The notes under the pieces: generated by a model
What the model saw: the letters and a program-made list of their open reading frames with translations, nothing else
Told to the model about the DNA's origin: nothing
Database searches by the model: none
Program-made: the position numbers and the translations under genes
Source of the DNA: Hemiscyllium ocellatum
Lineage: Eukaryota
Length of the DNA: 64,000 nt
Direction: 5' to 3'
Assembly (NCBI RefSeq): GCF_020745735.1
Contig: NW_026867481.1
Location: 661,291 to 725,290, forward strand
Shown: piece by piece, positions 51,321 to 63,731 of the stretch
Numbering within the stretch: position 1 is the stretch's first letter
How the letters are laid out: the number at the start of each line of letters is the position of its first letter

Positions 51321-51466
51321 CATATCTCAAGCTCGAAATTCTTTGAAGGATAATGCATCACCATTCTCACGCCCAGGGCGGCTTGAGTCAGGAGTGGGAT
51401 AAAACGCGATCCAATTGCCTACACACGTTTAGCTCCAGGAATACTTCAGAAGACAAATACAATAGT

Positions 51467-51777
51467 GGGCGGCATGGTGGCACAGCGGTTAGCACTGCTG
51501 CCTCGCAGCGCCAGAGACCCGGGTTCAATTCCTGCATCAGGCGACTGACTGTGTGGAGTTTGCACGTTCTCCCCGTGCCTTCGTGGGTTTCCTCTGGGTG
51601 CTCCGGTTTCCTCCCACAGTTCAAAGATGTGCGGGTTAGGTGAATTGGCCATGCTAAATTGCCCGTAGTGTTAGGTAAGGGGTAAATGTAGGGGTATGGG
51701 TGGGTTGCGCTTCGGCGGGTCGGTGTGGACTTGTTGGGCCGAAGGGCCTGTTTCCACACTGTAAGTAATCTAATGTA
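51467..51777 (+). mobile_element. Full-length HE1-type SINE
   Basis: Closely similar to the 48931 copy. Confidence 0.93.
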
Positions 51778-53154
51778 AACGAAAGAAGACCACTTCGTCG
51801 GCGTCGAATCTGTCATCATCAACGTTTGAGTTCCTTCGCCACTGATGTACAAATGCAGTGCAGATGAACGGTGGAGTCTTTATATTTCCCCCACCAGGAG
51901 TTTCCGATCCAGCAAAAGTTGCAGATGTTTGGAAATTTCACCACCTACAAATTCCTCTCCACGTTACACCCATCCAGACATAAAACTACATTATACACCT
52001 TCGCTGACAAAAGTTCAGAAACTATTGTGCTTCTCTCAGACATCTGACAGAACAGAATCAGTCGGAACATCACTTCTCGGGAAAACATGAAAGAGAGGGT
52101 GCAGCAATCTCACGTATTTCTAGAAATGGGAGAGAATCATTCCTGCAGTTGCTGCCATTTCTTAACAGCACGCTGAATTTGAAACCAAATTAAGGAAAAA
52201 TGTCACGAGAAAATTGCAATTGGAGAAAGAGCAGAGGATTGGGAGACAAGAGGGCAGCAGCACAAGTTTTCACATTTTCCGAGGAGACAACTAATAGAAT
52301 ACATAACAGAAAGGTAGTGCAGCTGGTGTATTTGCATTTTAAGAAAACTTAAGATATAAAGACACCCAAGGTATTCGTATTCAGGATTAAAATGTAAGAT
52401 CGGTGATCATATTCTGGCAAGGTTTGAGAATTGGTTGCAACAAGAAACAACTTGCGCTTGGAATGGAAGGCTGTGATGAGTCAGTTGTCACAGGGGTCAG
52501 CACTTCAGCGCGATTACCCTTCACTCTTAAAAGAACATACTGATCTGAACTAATTAAACATTTTTTTAGAAGTTCTCCCACTTTCCAAATGTAGACTTGC
52601 CTCCATGTAGCTGATTCCAGTCTATATTTTTCAGGTTCTGTCTCGTGATATGGGCCTTGGCTTTCCAATAATTTCCTTGCTTAACTTCTGCACAAATATT
52701 ATGCCTTTTCACAATGACTTTAAATATTTCAGTGTTGTGCACACTGTCCCCATAAATATTGCACACTGGCACCTTAATCACTTGCTAGCGTTGCCCATCA
52801 GCTGAGTACGAACAACAGTCTTTTAAATTTCAGATAGATTACAAAACAACGTGAAAAAAGAAAAATTTCCACATGATTTTGGCCTGCTTTACTTTCCTCT
52901 TTCTTCGACCACCACAGTATGTACGGGAAGTGGCTTTAGAAATCATATCCTAGGATTATCTCACATTTCCACATTGGTATTCATATTCATCTTGATACGT
53001 TAAATTCTTTTCTCCTGTTTTATTAGTTGTTGTCCAATTCCAAATTGTATTATCCGATGTCATTCGTTCAAAGAATAGACTCCTTTTCGTGATGATGTTT
53101 CTTTCCATAAAAGTGCAATTCATTTACAATGTTTGTAAAAGTGCGATACAACCA

Positions 53155-54360
53155 TTTAGAGTCATAGAATCATAGCGGACACAGGCCCTTTGGCCCAAAC
53201 CGTTCCATGCCGACTATAATGTCTGTCAACAGTAGCCCCATTTCCCTGCACTTGGCCCATATACTTCTAACAAATTCCTGCCTATGTATTTGTCCAAATA
53301 GGTTTAAAATGTTGTCACGTCCACGCATCGAGCACTTGCACGGGTTGCTCAGTCCATCTGCTTTTCAATCTGTGTAAAATAGTTGTCACTCAGGTTCTCT
53401 TTTTATTCGTTCCCCTCTAACCTTAAACTGATGACCTCTAGAACTCGATTCCCTAACCATGGGAAAAACGCTGAGTGTGTTCACCCTATCTATGCCTTTC
53501 ATGATCTGGTACACTCTGCAAATCACCCTCAGTCTCATGCACTGTAATGAAAAATATCCTAGCTTATCCAAACTCTCCCTATAACTCAGACCGTTGATTC
53601 TTGGCAATATCCTTCTAAATTTATCCTGCACTTTTTCCAGTTTAAAAAGATGCTTCCTCTAACAAGTTGACCGAAACTGAACATCATACTTCCAATGCAT
53701 CGTCACCAACGTCCAGTAAGACTGCAAAATACCTTTCCAGTTTCTCTACTCAGCACCCTGACTGATGAAGATGGGTGTGCCCATAACCTTCTTCACCGCC
53801 CCTCTATACCTGTGATGCCACTTTAAGAAAACTGTGTACTTGGACTACAACATCCCTCTGTTCTGCTACTCGGTAAGGCACTTCATTCATAATGAAAATT
53901 CTACCTTGATGTGGCTTTCCAAATTGCAGGACCTCACACTTATCTATGTCCACTTGCCATTTCTCGGCCAAGTTGTCTAGCTGATCAAGGTCATGCTGCA
54001 ATTGCTGATACACTTGTTCATTACCTACGATAGGTCCTCATTTAGTGCCCTCTGAAAACTGGCTAATAATCCCATATGCATTTTCATCCAAATCATTGAT
54101 ACAAATAACAAACAGCAATGGATCCATCGTTGACCTCTGAGGCATTCCATTTGTCACTGGTCTCCAATCCAACTCGCATCCTTCCAACATTACGCTTTGC
54201 TTCCTACAATCAAGCCAATTGTGTACACTATTTTGCAGCTCCTTCTACTTTCCATGCATAGGAACCTTCCAGAACAGCCTACGAAGAACAACATTATCAG
54301 AGACTTTACTCCCACGCAAAAAACCATGCTGACTATTCATAATCAATCCCTGCCTTTCTA
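53155..54360 (-). mobile_element. Decayed CR1 RT and 3' end
   Basis: QQLQHDLDQLDNLAEKWQVDIDKCEVLQFG, RILPRINGLSYRESLDKLGYFSL, GHQFKVRG; CATAGAATCATAG tail. Confidence 0.88.
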
Positions 54361-56371
54361 AATGCAGTATTATCTTACTTCTCAGGATCTTACAAAGCAC
54401 AGAAGGTACAACAAAATTCAATTCGTCAGCTCACAATATGTTGCATGATATTCAGCTTAAAACAATTACAATATGCTTCACACATTCATCAACGTGATGA
54501 TAATCAAACCAAGCTGTCTTTGACTCAAGTCATTTCACATTTGCACAGGTGCTCTGCACTGTGCATATGGAATTGTTGTTTTATTGGTGGGCTGCATTAG
54601 TGTGAGGGCTTCCGGGCTCAAAATTCATGGTGCTTTCTGTTCAACATCTTCAAGATACCTAAAGCAATCAGTTTCATTCCTTTGGCTAAGTTAAAAGGGA
54701 TTCTGACCTGCAATTCCAGACACTTGTTATCATCCTCCATTTATCTTCAGGAAATATCTCAGAATTTCCCGGGGATACTGGATGTCTCAGTCTAGGATTC
54801 AGGCGGTGTATGTTGTCAGGTGACAGAAGCGCAATTAAAAAAACTCGGCGTTCCTGACAATTGATTCAGATGGATCTTGTGGTAGTGAATCATTGTCACG
54901 CGTTAGTGTGTCACAGAAACAAAATGTTTCATTGTTTAAGGAATAAAAGCACACTCCTGAATACACACATACGATAAAAAAAACAGCTCATCAGTCTGAA
55001 AGCCCAGTTTTGTGAGCGGGGAATGCAGATTTAGTATTAAGATTATATTTTGAAATGAAATGTCAAGATATTTGAAATGTGTTGGCCTCCTAGTCTATAT
55101 TAAAGTGTAACCAGGACCAGGCTTCACTTATACAGACGCTGAAGGCAATTCCTAAAAACAGAACTCATTGGTCTGTCAGCAGATAACACCTTCACAGTAA
55201 GCAGTGAAATCTGTAAATGTTAACTTCCTCTGATTGTTTTTGTTTTTTCTCTGTATTGGTAATGTCCCATTGCCTCTGATTCTTTGCACCAACTTCTGCT
55301 TCAACACAATGAAACTACGCCTTATTGAAACAGAAACTCTCTCTGACATAAAATATGTGGTAATGAATACTGCAAATATAATGCAGTAGTATTATGCCCT
55401 TTAGAGAAGGAAATTGCTATCCTCACCTGGTCAGGATGAAATATAGTTCCCCACCCACAGCAATGTGTTTGATTCTGAAATGCTGTTCTGGCTTTTAGGG
55501 ATAGATAAGAAATGCTGGCATTGCCAGTGACGCCCACATCCCTTTAATGAATAAAAAAAACAATCTTAGGAATGACTGTAGAGTTTAATGGAGTGACAAA
55601 TGCAATCATAATCCCAAATTGACCAACAAGCAGCGTGAATGAAATTGCAGAATTTTCACTTTGATTCCAGGCTGGAAGTGAAACAAAAATGTGTATGCAT
55701 TTGGGTATATTCAATGAAACCAGCACTCAGATTCAGTCAATCCACAATGACACATGGTATTGCAGTGAAACTGTGACTCATGACATGTCTGCATAAAGCC
55801 CTCAATCAGAGAGAGATGAAAAATCTATTAGGGTGGGGGGAGAGAGAGAAAGTGAAAGAGATGAAGATGGGATGGGAAAAAAGGAGACAGGTAGAGAGAA
55901 CAGCAATTGAGTGACAGAGAGAGATCGTGAGTGACAGAAAGTCTGTGTGCATGAGAGGGGGGACAGAGAAATGGAAACAGTTAATGCTTAATCCCATTGT
56001 GGCTTAAACAGGCAAAGACAGATAATCCCTGAGTGCAACATTATACGAAGTCTGGTGTCAAAATCTCATAATAATCCGTTTGTGAGAATACCCCGCATCG
56101 GCCTCTTGCCATGCCGGAGGAAAATGAAATTATCTCCAAGAACATTTCTGAGAGTCCTTTGCTTGGACACCGAGTCGTGGTCTGAAACCCAGAGCCTGAT
56201 GGGTCTGCTTCCTGTCCCTCTTCATTGGCATGAATAGGAAGGCCAACAAAGCTTTTTCCACTTCGAGCTCTGATGTTATTGGCAAAGAGTATATTTAGTT
56301 TGCCAATCAGACGTCTTTTTAACTATCACTCAATATCGAGTTGTGTTTGAGTTATGTTACTTTTGTTACAG

Positions 56372-56655
56372 CCGTTAGTTTGAGAATCAGAGCTCACAGG
56401 TGAAAGATGTTCCTTCTCTGGAAGGGGAATCTGTGGAACTGGACAGGAGGTTCTCCACTGATGGAAATGTAGACTGGTTAAAGAAAACAAACATGAACAG
56501 TGTTTCTGAAATTTAACGGATGCATACATCAGGGGAATGTGAATATCGGACACCACATACCTTCGTTTGATACAGCAGAGTAGTTCAAAACCATTTTTAT
56601 AAGTGACAAAATGGTCGATATCCTGCAGTGTGTTACTGTGATACAGTGAGAGAAA
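56372..56655 (+). pseudogene. Decayed TCR V relic in inverted (+) orientation
   Basis: Acceptor TTTTGTTACAG, then (frameshifted) SLEGESVELDRRFSTDGNVDWLKK and PAVCYCDTVR. Stops present; only a partial RSS-like TACAGTG. Confidence 0.45.
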
Positions 56656-56877
56656 CAATGGATCTGGCCATACAGTTTGTTCTATCGTGTTATCTGTTTG
56701 CTTTCTGTTAAACGCTCTCCATTGCAAGACTTTTAGTAAAAAAAAACAGTGATTTCAGAAGTCATAAATTTCAATGATTAAATTTCGCAGAACTTTAATT
56801 CACGAAATCGTAGGACGATAACAAATTGTAGACAATCACATTAAATCAAAAAGTTGTGCGTGTGGAGTTCTAAAAGC

Positions 56878-57039
56878 NNNNNNNNNNNNNNNNNNNNNNN
56901 NNNNNNNNNNNNNNNNNNNNNNNNNNNNNNNNNNNNNNNNNNNNNNNNNNNNNNNNNNNNNNNNNNNNNNNNNNNNNNNNNNNNNNNNNNNNNNNNNNNN
57001 NNNNNNNNNNNNNNNNNNNNNNNNNNNNNNNNNNNNNNN
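56878..57039. other. Assembly gap (162 N)
   Basis: Run of N. Confidence 1.
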
Positions 57040-57589
57040 TGTGCAGAAACATTTTGTTTATGCATTGTTATTATTATCTTTCTTGATTACTGACTTTCTT
57101 AATAATTGATCCTGTTTTTGAGCTAATTCCTCTCATGCAGACACACTTCCAATATCAGTTCAACGGGTAATTGTTGGACAGGCACTTTTCCTTCAAGACA
57201 AGGCTGTATCTGTTTTGATTGACTTTGCATTCTGCTGCAGACTTTTGTTTTTCCTTAATGCCAAAATGCCTTAGTTCCACATTCAATGAACGAACTCGAT
57301 CAATAATGATATTGCCCGTCTGCACATCGCTTCCAGTACTTTGAAATATGAACTATGGAGGCAGCCTGGGGCTCCAACTGTAACAGCGTTAGAAGTGCCA
57401 GAATCACATGTTTTCCAGTTGTAGATCAGTGTGACATTCTTTACATCATCGTTTTATTGATGTTTCACTGGGTCATGTTGACTCCATTCTAACTCATGAA
57501 AAGTAGGTTTTAAAATGACAATCGACATGATCGCCAGCATTTCTGCTATTCAATTAAGAATGATATTTGTATTCAAATAGCCAGCTTTG

Positions 57590-57790
57590 TCTAAGAAGAT
57601 ATTTACTGAGAATCGGTGCAATGTCGTGGAATGGTATGAGTCATTTCCCCATTTTGATTTCTCACTTGGTACTCTGCGGTGCAGGAAATTCTTTGTGAGA
57701 CCAGAAATACAGATCCCTGCCCCACTACTTTGCTGATCCAATAAATGATAAGAATGGCACGGCGGCAGCAATTTCTCCAATAACACCGAA
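57590..57790 (-). pseudogene. Possible FR2-FR3 relic of a V segment
   Basis: IYWISKVVGQGSVFLVSQ followed by THTIPRHCTDS(A)V with a frameshift; 5' side cut by a Penelope-type terminal repeat at about 57790-57990. Confidence 0.28.
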
Positions 57791-59321
57791 AGAACTGTGG
57801 ATGCTGGAAATCCGAGACAAAACCTTAATTTGCTGGAAAAGCTCCGCAGGTCTGACAGCATCGGTGGAGCAAATTCAGAGTGAACACTCGGGTTGCAGGA
57901 AGGATCACTCCCAAAACATTATCTCTACATTCTATCCATAGAGGCTGGCAGACCTGCTGAGCCTCCCAAGCAATGTTCGTTTTCTTCTCCAAGAACACTT
58001 GCAGCTGTAATTGGAACTGGCAGAGTGTGAAAAATAGCAATGCCGTCTCCGGCCTGTGACTTGCTCTTAAAGCATGAAAGCCATGACTTACCATGTTTCA
58101 ATACGATACATCTCGATTTGTAGCTCCAGAGTGGACATATTTTATCCAGATTCAAAGTTAACCGGGGACATAAGATTTCCAAATACCTGCTCCACTTCTA
58201 CCATCCTGGTTTGGAGAATGGCTAAGGGTTCGGCTGGGGCAGAGAATCAGCTAAATTGTCTGTCGATCTGCTGCTTAACACGTGGATATTATCACAATTT
58301 AGTCTTCCATTTCGACGAAACGTTAAGGCATTCCTGTTAGTTTAAATGAGATCTGAAAAATTTTGTTTGATATCTTTCATACCCGAAACAAAAATAATGG
58401 AATAAGTTTTCTCATCAGCATGTAACAATGTAGATTGAAATGGCAGATGGTGGTGTCGGGGTAATTTTCTACCACCAGCAAAGGCACAATCTTAGGATAA
58501 CTTTCTGTCAACAGACCGGCTTGGGAAATTTCAATTCAGTTGGTAAATTTGCAGGGCACTCAGTTCGAGGGTAATTACGAAATAACAACAAATGCTCCCT
58601 TTCCCAGTCAAACCCACGCCTCATGAAGGAATTCAGTAGAGCAAATCTCACACATTGAAGGTTCACATATCCCATTAATGAACACCATTTTTTAAAAAAT
58701 TGTAACTCATACAATTTTAAACTTCAGTTTGAGCTGCAGACTGTATTTTAAAGTAAATGAATTTCTCTGTTAATGGCACTATGTTCAATCAGATATCTGT
58801 GGCAAATGTTGAAAGACATACTTGGAAAGGCAAGGACTGATTAGCGATAGTTAACATGGCTTTGTGCATGGGAATTCATGTCTCACAAACTTGACTGATT
58901 TTTTGAAAAAGCGACAAAGAGGATTGATGATGGCAAAACAGTGAACGTGATCTATATGGACTTCAGTAAGGCATTCGACAAGGCTCTCCATGGAAGACAG
59001 AAATATTCATTGCTGATTGAAAAACAAAATCAGGTCAGATAGTTTGGGAACCTTTCTTGTCGCAAAGTTTTTAATCTATATAGCCAGAAAGGAGACATTC
59101 TCTAATCACCTCCATGGATTGTCAGAATGTATTCGATATAAGGGCAGAGGAAACCTGCCCCAATGGTGGACTGTTTACTCTTGTATTATGAAATATTCGG
59201 ATATATTTTAATTTTGTGGTTTTATTTTGGAAAGAAATGTTTCTTGGCAACCTTATGCTGACGCCCATTTCCTTCTCTCTGCGCACCGACCATTCAGTGC
59301 AGCTTCGTTGCATTGTGACAA

Positions 59322-59360
59322 AGTTTTTGTACGAGGCTCCCTTTGGGTCCTGTCACTGTG
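59322..59360 (-). other. 23-bp-spacer RSS of V segment 2
   Basis: Minus strand CACAGTG, spacer ACAGGACCCAAAGGGAGCCTCGT, nonamer ACAAAAACT. Confidence 0.96.
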
Positions 59361-59885
59361 TATTTCAGTCCGCAGTAATACACCGCGCTGTCAGACAGCT
59401 GCAGCTCACCAATGGTGAAATTGCCTTCGCTGTTCAAAGTGTCCAGAGACGATGAAAATCGAGTCCCCACTCCGTCTGCTCTGAAAGGATCTCCATAGTT
59501 AGGAATGTATATCAAGAACGTGAGAGCTTTTCCGTGGTGCTGACGATACAGCTGTAAGGAATATGTTGTCGATTTGGTCGAGTATCTGAAATGAATGATC
59601 ACTGAGTTTCCTTCGAATAATTTTGGTGCAGTCAGCTCTTGTGAAATCCAGTCTGCACAATTAACACCTGAAACAAAATTGAAAAATTAAGTTTCACATT
59701 CACGTTTTAACCAAATAATGTCAACAAGACGCGAAAATACATCGCACATATAGAGGAAACAGTAGTTACATGGAAGGTCACCATGTATTGACATTATCAA
59801 TTATCAGCAACATTTTTAACTTCTTGTACATACCTGTTAAGAATGCTGCACATGTCATCAATGCATAAAGTGTAACACGCAACAT
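59361..59885 (-). CDS. TRAV/TRDV: TCR alpha/delta-type V gene segment 2, open, non-canonical (Cys23->Phe, Trp41->Leu); paralog of segment 1
   Basis: Leader exon 59885-59834 (MLRVTLYALMTCAAFLT+G, donor GTATGT), acceptor TTTGTTTCAG. V exon 59667-59361 reads GVNCADWISQELTAPKLFEGNSVIIHFRYSTKSTTYSLQLYRQHHGKALTFLIYIPNYGDPFRADGVGTRFSSSLDTLNSEGNFTIGELQLSDSAVYYCGLKY with no stops. Confidence 0.9.
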
Positions 59886-59999
59886 ATTTGCCAAGCAAAT
59901 GGTGAGTTTGAACAGTGGGAACTGGACCTGAATTATCTCTGCGCTGTCGGGGGATTGAACACTCCGAAATGAAGTTAAGGGACTTTAACAGTTGATATT

Positions 60000-60065
60000 C
60001 TGTTATATCCGGTCTTACTGCCGACTGGTTCTTTCACATAAGCGTCGCCAGGCAGCATCCAATCA
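60000..60065 (-). promoter_or_regulatory. Putative V promoter matching that of V segment 1
   Basis: GTTATATCC at 60002-60010 and CCAAT at 60059-60063; CCAAT lies 174 nt from the ATG vs 175 nt in segment 1. Confidence 0.5.
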
Positions 60066-60605
60066 GCTCAAGGCATTTCGTTCTCCTGTCTTGATATCAG
60101 AGAGCTGTTCAGCAACACTTCGAATGTGCTCCACGAGTTAATTAGACCATGATTCGCCACCAAGCATTCATTGTGCAGCACAACTCCCAAATATATATTT
60201 TTCCTCGAAGACAAACTAACCTATCAAAATCATTGAGAAAGAAATTCAAAGACAGTGCAATGGCTCCTCTTCTGATGTACTGAATATAAGCAAAATAGGT
60301 ATTTAATCTAATTATGGGCCTTTTACCAGAGACAGTCTTTAATCTGAATCATTGATGTGTGATAGCTTATCGTAACAGTGCCCTAGCTCGCCATTAAGAG
60401 TGTTGCTTGCCAAGTACGAACAACACTTAAAACCAAACTAAGAAGGGATTTAGGACAGAATACAAAAATGAAATTCAGAAGGAAATCATTCACAATAGCT
60501 GACCTTTGTAGTTTGCATTTGAATGTATTAAGAGCTTACAAGAGTGCGCATAGATGTGTCGGTGTGTGTGCATTGGGGGGTGGGGTAGAGTATGATTGCT
60601 TTGTC

Positions 60606-61081
60606 GGTTTTTGTCCAGAGTTCCAGTGACTTCCTGTCAGTGTGGGGTCAGCACATAGTAATATATAGCAGCGTAAGAGACACGAGCAGAAGCGATCTCT
60701 AAAGAACATGCTTTGTTTTCTTTTTCAAGAGTAGCAGAATTCCTGTGTGAGGAAACTGGAGACCGATCGCCCTGTTCCATGTCGAATCTTCTTAGTAAAT
60801 ATCTTGAAGTTTCCACAGGAAACTGAGTGGACAATTTGCCTGATGATGTACTGTATTTTGTTGGGGAAAGATATTTCAGAACCTAGTCTGACCTTCCTGA
60901 AACGTTAGTTTAAGTAGATTCTAGGAAAGCGAATCTAGGCAACACCTTCCTCTAAAAAAGCATAAGGTATCAAACATCAGTCATGCAACTGATGAAATGC
61001 ACTTTGAATTAATTAACTCAGACTAACCAGTTAGCACAGCCATTATCATCATTAGCAAGACATATACGGAATACGTGGCAT
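60606..61081 (-). pseudogene. TCR alpha/delta V pseudogene with an intact 23-RSS
   Basis: Leader-like ...VYVLLMMIMAVLT+G (out of frame with the ATG at 61081). V exon has stops (DSLS*NLLKLTFQEGQ), then TQFPVETSRYLLRR...ACSLEIASARVSYAAIYYYVLTP (Cys104->Tyr). RSS CACACTG-23 nt-ACAAAAACC at 60644-60606. Confidence 0.88.
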
Positions 61082-62213
61082 AATGCTCGATAGCAAACCA
61101 TTCCCTTTTTGATTTATTTTGAGGTGACTGAACCCAGATCAAAAATAGGCTTCAATTCCGAGGCAATTGAGGATTCTTTTCCTTGTTCCGATTTACTGGG
61201 TTTTCTTAGCTCAACGATATATGACGCGTAGTTACTTCATGATTAATTGCAGTTGAATATCTCCAATAATTTGCCTGATATCGTTATGGTTTTCTCACCC
61301 CCTTGCTCCGTCTCAAACTTTCAGACATTATGTTTCTTACTTGGTTTATTTTAATTTCATTTCAAGCTTAATGGCTATGTACTCAAGGAAGCAAATAGCT
61401 CTCTGTAGGTAAACTGAAACGTGACGTAATGCACACGTTACTAAATACTCAGGTCTTAGTCAACGTCTGCAGCAAAGATGCTCAATTAATCATTGCAGTG
61501 AAAAGACGAGGAAGGAAATGAAAATTCGTCATCCACCTCCAAACTGTGGAGTCTTACACTTGGAGCCACCTTGCTGTGGAAAGTTCAGAACTTCTACCAG
61601 TCTCTAATGTGACCCCAGAGGCTTGAAACCCAATGTCCCTCGTCATGCTTTTGAATTACATTACTTTCAAAAGATTTCAGTTTTTTGGATGGAACAGGAT
61701 CCAGACGTTTTAGAAATTTTAAAAAAACTTACTCACCCCTAAGTTCTATAGAAGTTGGAAAGGCGCAGCAGTAAGTCATTCATCCCTTTGACCCCGCTTC
61801 ACCATTTCAGAATATCACAGCTGCTCTGATTGTGGCCTCAGCTCTTCTTCCGTGTCTCGTCCCAGAATACATTTCTCCCTCGGAAATCAATTTTCTGTGT
61901 AATTTCACCTTGAATACATTCAATGGCCGAAACAGCATTTTTATGACAAATATGAATTCCAAAGCGAAACGACGCTGTATGGGAGAAGTAAAACATGTCA
62001 TCATCTCCATTTAAGTGGCAGTGTGGAAATTTTAAAAGGTTTGCCTCTTAGTTACATTGTCGCCAAGAAGTATTTTCATCTACTCAACATCCAAAGGTTT
62101 TTAATCACTTAGGATATTCCATTTTCTACACTAAACACCGCCTATGAATCTCACTGATTTTCCAATGCGTTTGTATTTTTCTCTCCTGATGCCCTTGATT
62201 GTCAACCTGACAC

Positions 62214-62252
62214 AGTTTTTGTGCAGGTGACTAGGCACTTCCATTCACTGTG
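62214..62252 (-). other. 23-bp-spacer RSS of V segment 3
   Basis: Minus strand CACAGTG, 23 nt, ACAAAAACT. Confidence 0.96.
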
Positions 62253-62734
62253 GGTCGAAATGCACAGTAATACACGGCACTGTCTGTCAGCTTCAGGTTT
62301 TTCACTGATACGTGGAAAGTGCCTTTGTCCCGGTTGAGTTTCGCATTGAAGCGTTCAAAGCCGTGAGCCGTATCATTGTATCCAAAACTATCGGCTCTAA
62401 GCAGATATCGGGGAGCTTCCTGTGAATACTGGTAGTACCAGAACATGCCGTAGCTTGTAGTTACAGCAGATACCGAGTAATTACAGGTTATTGCTGAGTC
62501 TTCACCCGTTAATGCTTCGACTCGTTGTTGTGACTGGGACACTGAGTCTGCATTACTCAACTCTGAAATTAAAAAGCGGACACACAGTGGGTTAGAGACA
62601 GAATGAGAAAGGGCTAATCCCCTGTAGATTGAATTTGAAAATACAATGGGTATTTGGTCATGTCGCCTGTAGTATCACCTGAACAAACCTGCGAATAAGA
62701 GAATACCCAAAGTCAGGCAGAGTTTTAATCCCAT
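62253..62734 (-). CDS. TRAV/TRDV: Canonical TCR alpha/delta V gene segment 3, open
   Basis: Leader exon 62734-62689 (MGLKLCLTLGILLFA+G, donor GTTTGT), acceptor TTTTAATTTCAG. V exon 62562-62253 reads LSNADSVSQSQQRVEALTGEDSAITCNYSVSAVTTSYGMFWYYQYSQEAPRYLLRADSFGYNDTAHGFERFNAKLNRDKGTFHVSVKNLKLTDSAVYYCAFRP, with Cys23, Trp41 and Cys104 all present. Confidence 0.93.
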
Positions 62735-63731
62735 TATTCCCAACTGATCTCCAGAAGCTGAGACACTAATCACTCTCCGTACCATATCTGGAACTGAAGA
62801 AATTCACACAACCGGGGATGTGGTGTGTTTGATTAGCCTTTATCACCCCGCCCATTTTCATTTTTTCGAACAACCACATGACGGGAAATAATGATCTTCA
62901 ACAAATAATCATAGAGTGCCCTCCTGTGGCCAGCATCCAACCTTTGGTAAACACTCAGACAAAGTCATGACCAAGTGACAGATACATATCAACACATTCT
63001 TGCACGCATGCATGCAGCCACAAATATAATACAAGGCACGAAAATAAAATGTGCTATGAAATTTTATAAGGTTGTAAACGAACATTTCACCTGAGCAGTA
63101 TCTCATTGTTAGTCAGTACCTCATGTTCAATGAATGTCTCCTTGGAAAAACTGAGTACTTCTTTCAAATTGAATTCATCAGAGAGTTTCAGCCCCATCCC
63201 CACTCGCTCACGTTTGCGAGAGTCTCTTTATACTATACTCTATCAAATACCTTCCTGATGTGGAGGGAAACAATTTTCATACCGTGTCTGTTATTTTTGT
63301 ACGTTTGGACAAAGGATGCAATAGGTTCAGGAGCTGAGTGGAGCTGGTGAAAGGCACTTGGGGATCGTCTTCGTGGCTAGCAGAGCCCACAAGACTTTAG
63401 GATGTATTGAGAATCGACAAGACTACGGCAGGGCATCCATTATCTTGCCCTTCGCAGTTTCATGCTGATTTCCACTACGGGTTAAACTATACCAGATGTT
63501 TCCTCCACTTGAGGGTTTCAGATGTTATTAATCTTTTGTAGTCACATCCTGATCAACCGTCGGAAGTTGGCTATTTGAACTTTTGCAAGTCTCAAGTAGA
63601 TGGGTTATTGATAAACAAGAGGGTGAAAGATCCTAGGGGTTAAATTGGAATCCTAAGTCTGGTTACAATCAGAACGGTCATGATTCTATTTAAAAGTGAA
63701 GCACAATCTAGGTGTCACGTAGTCAAATCCT

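Noticed and set aside
46797-51777. tRNA genes at 46797, 48931 and 51467
   Set aside because: A and B boxes belong to tRNA-derived HE1 SINE heads followed by the SINE body and tail; there is no full cloverleaf.
54540-54830. Plus-strand ISR/DS.AVY-like words suggesting a V relic
   Set aside because: Spacing between motifs is inconsistent with a V domain, and there is no RSS.
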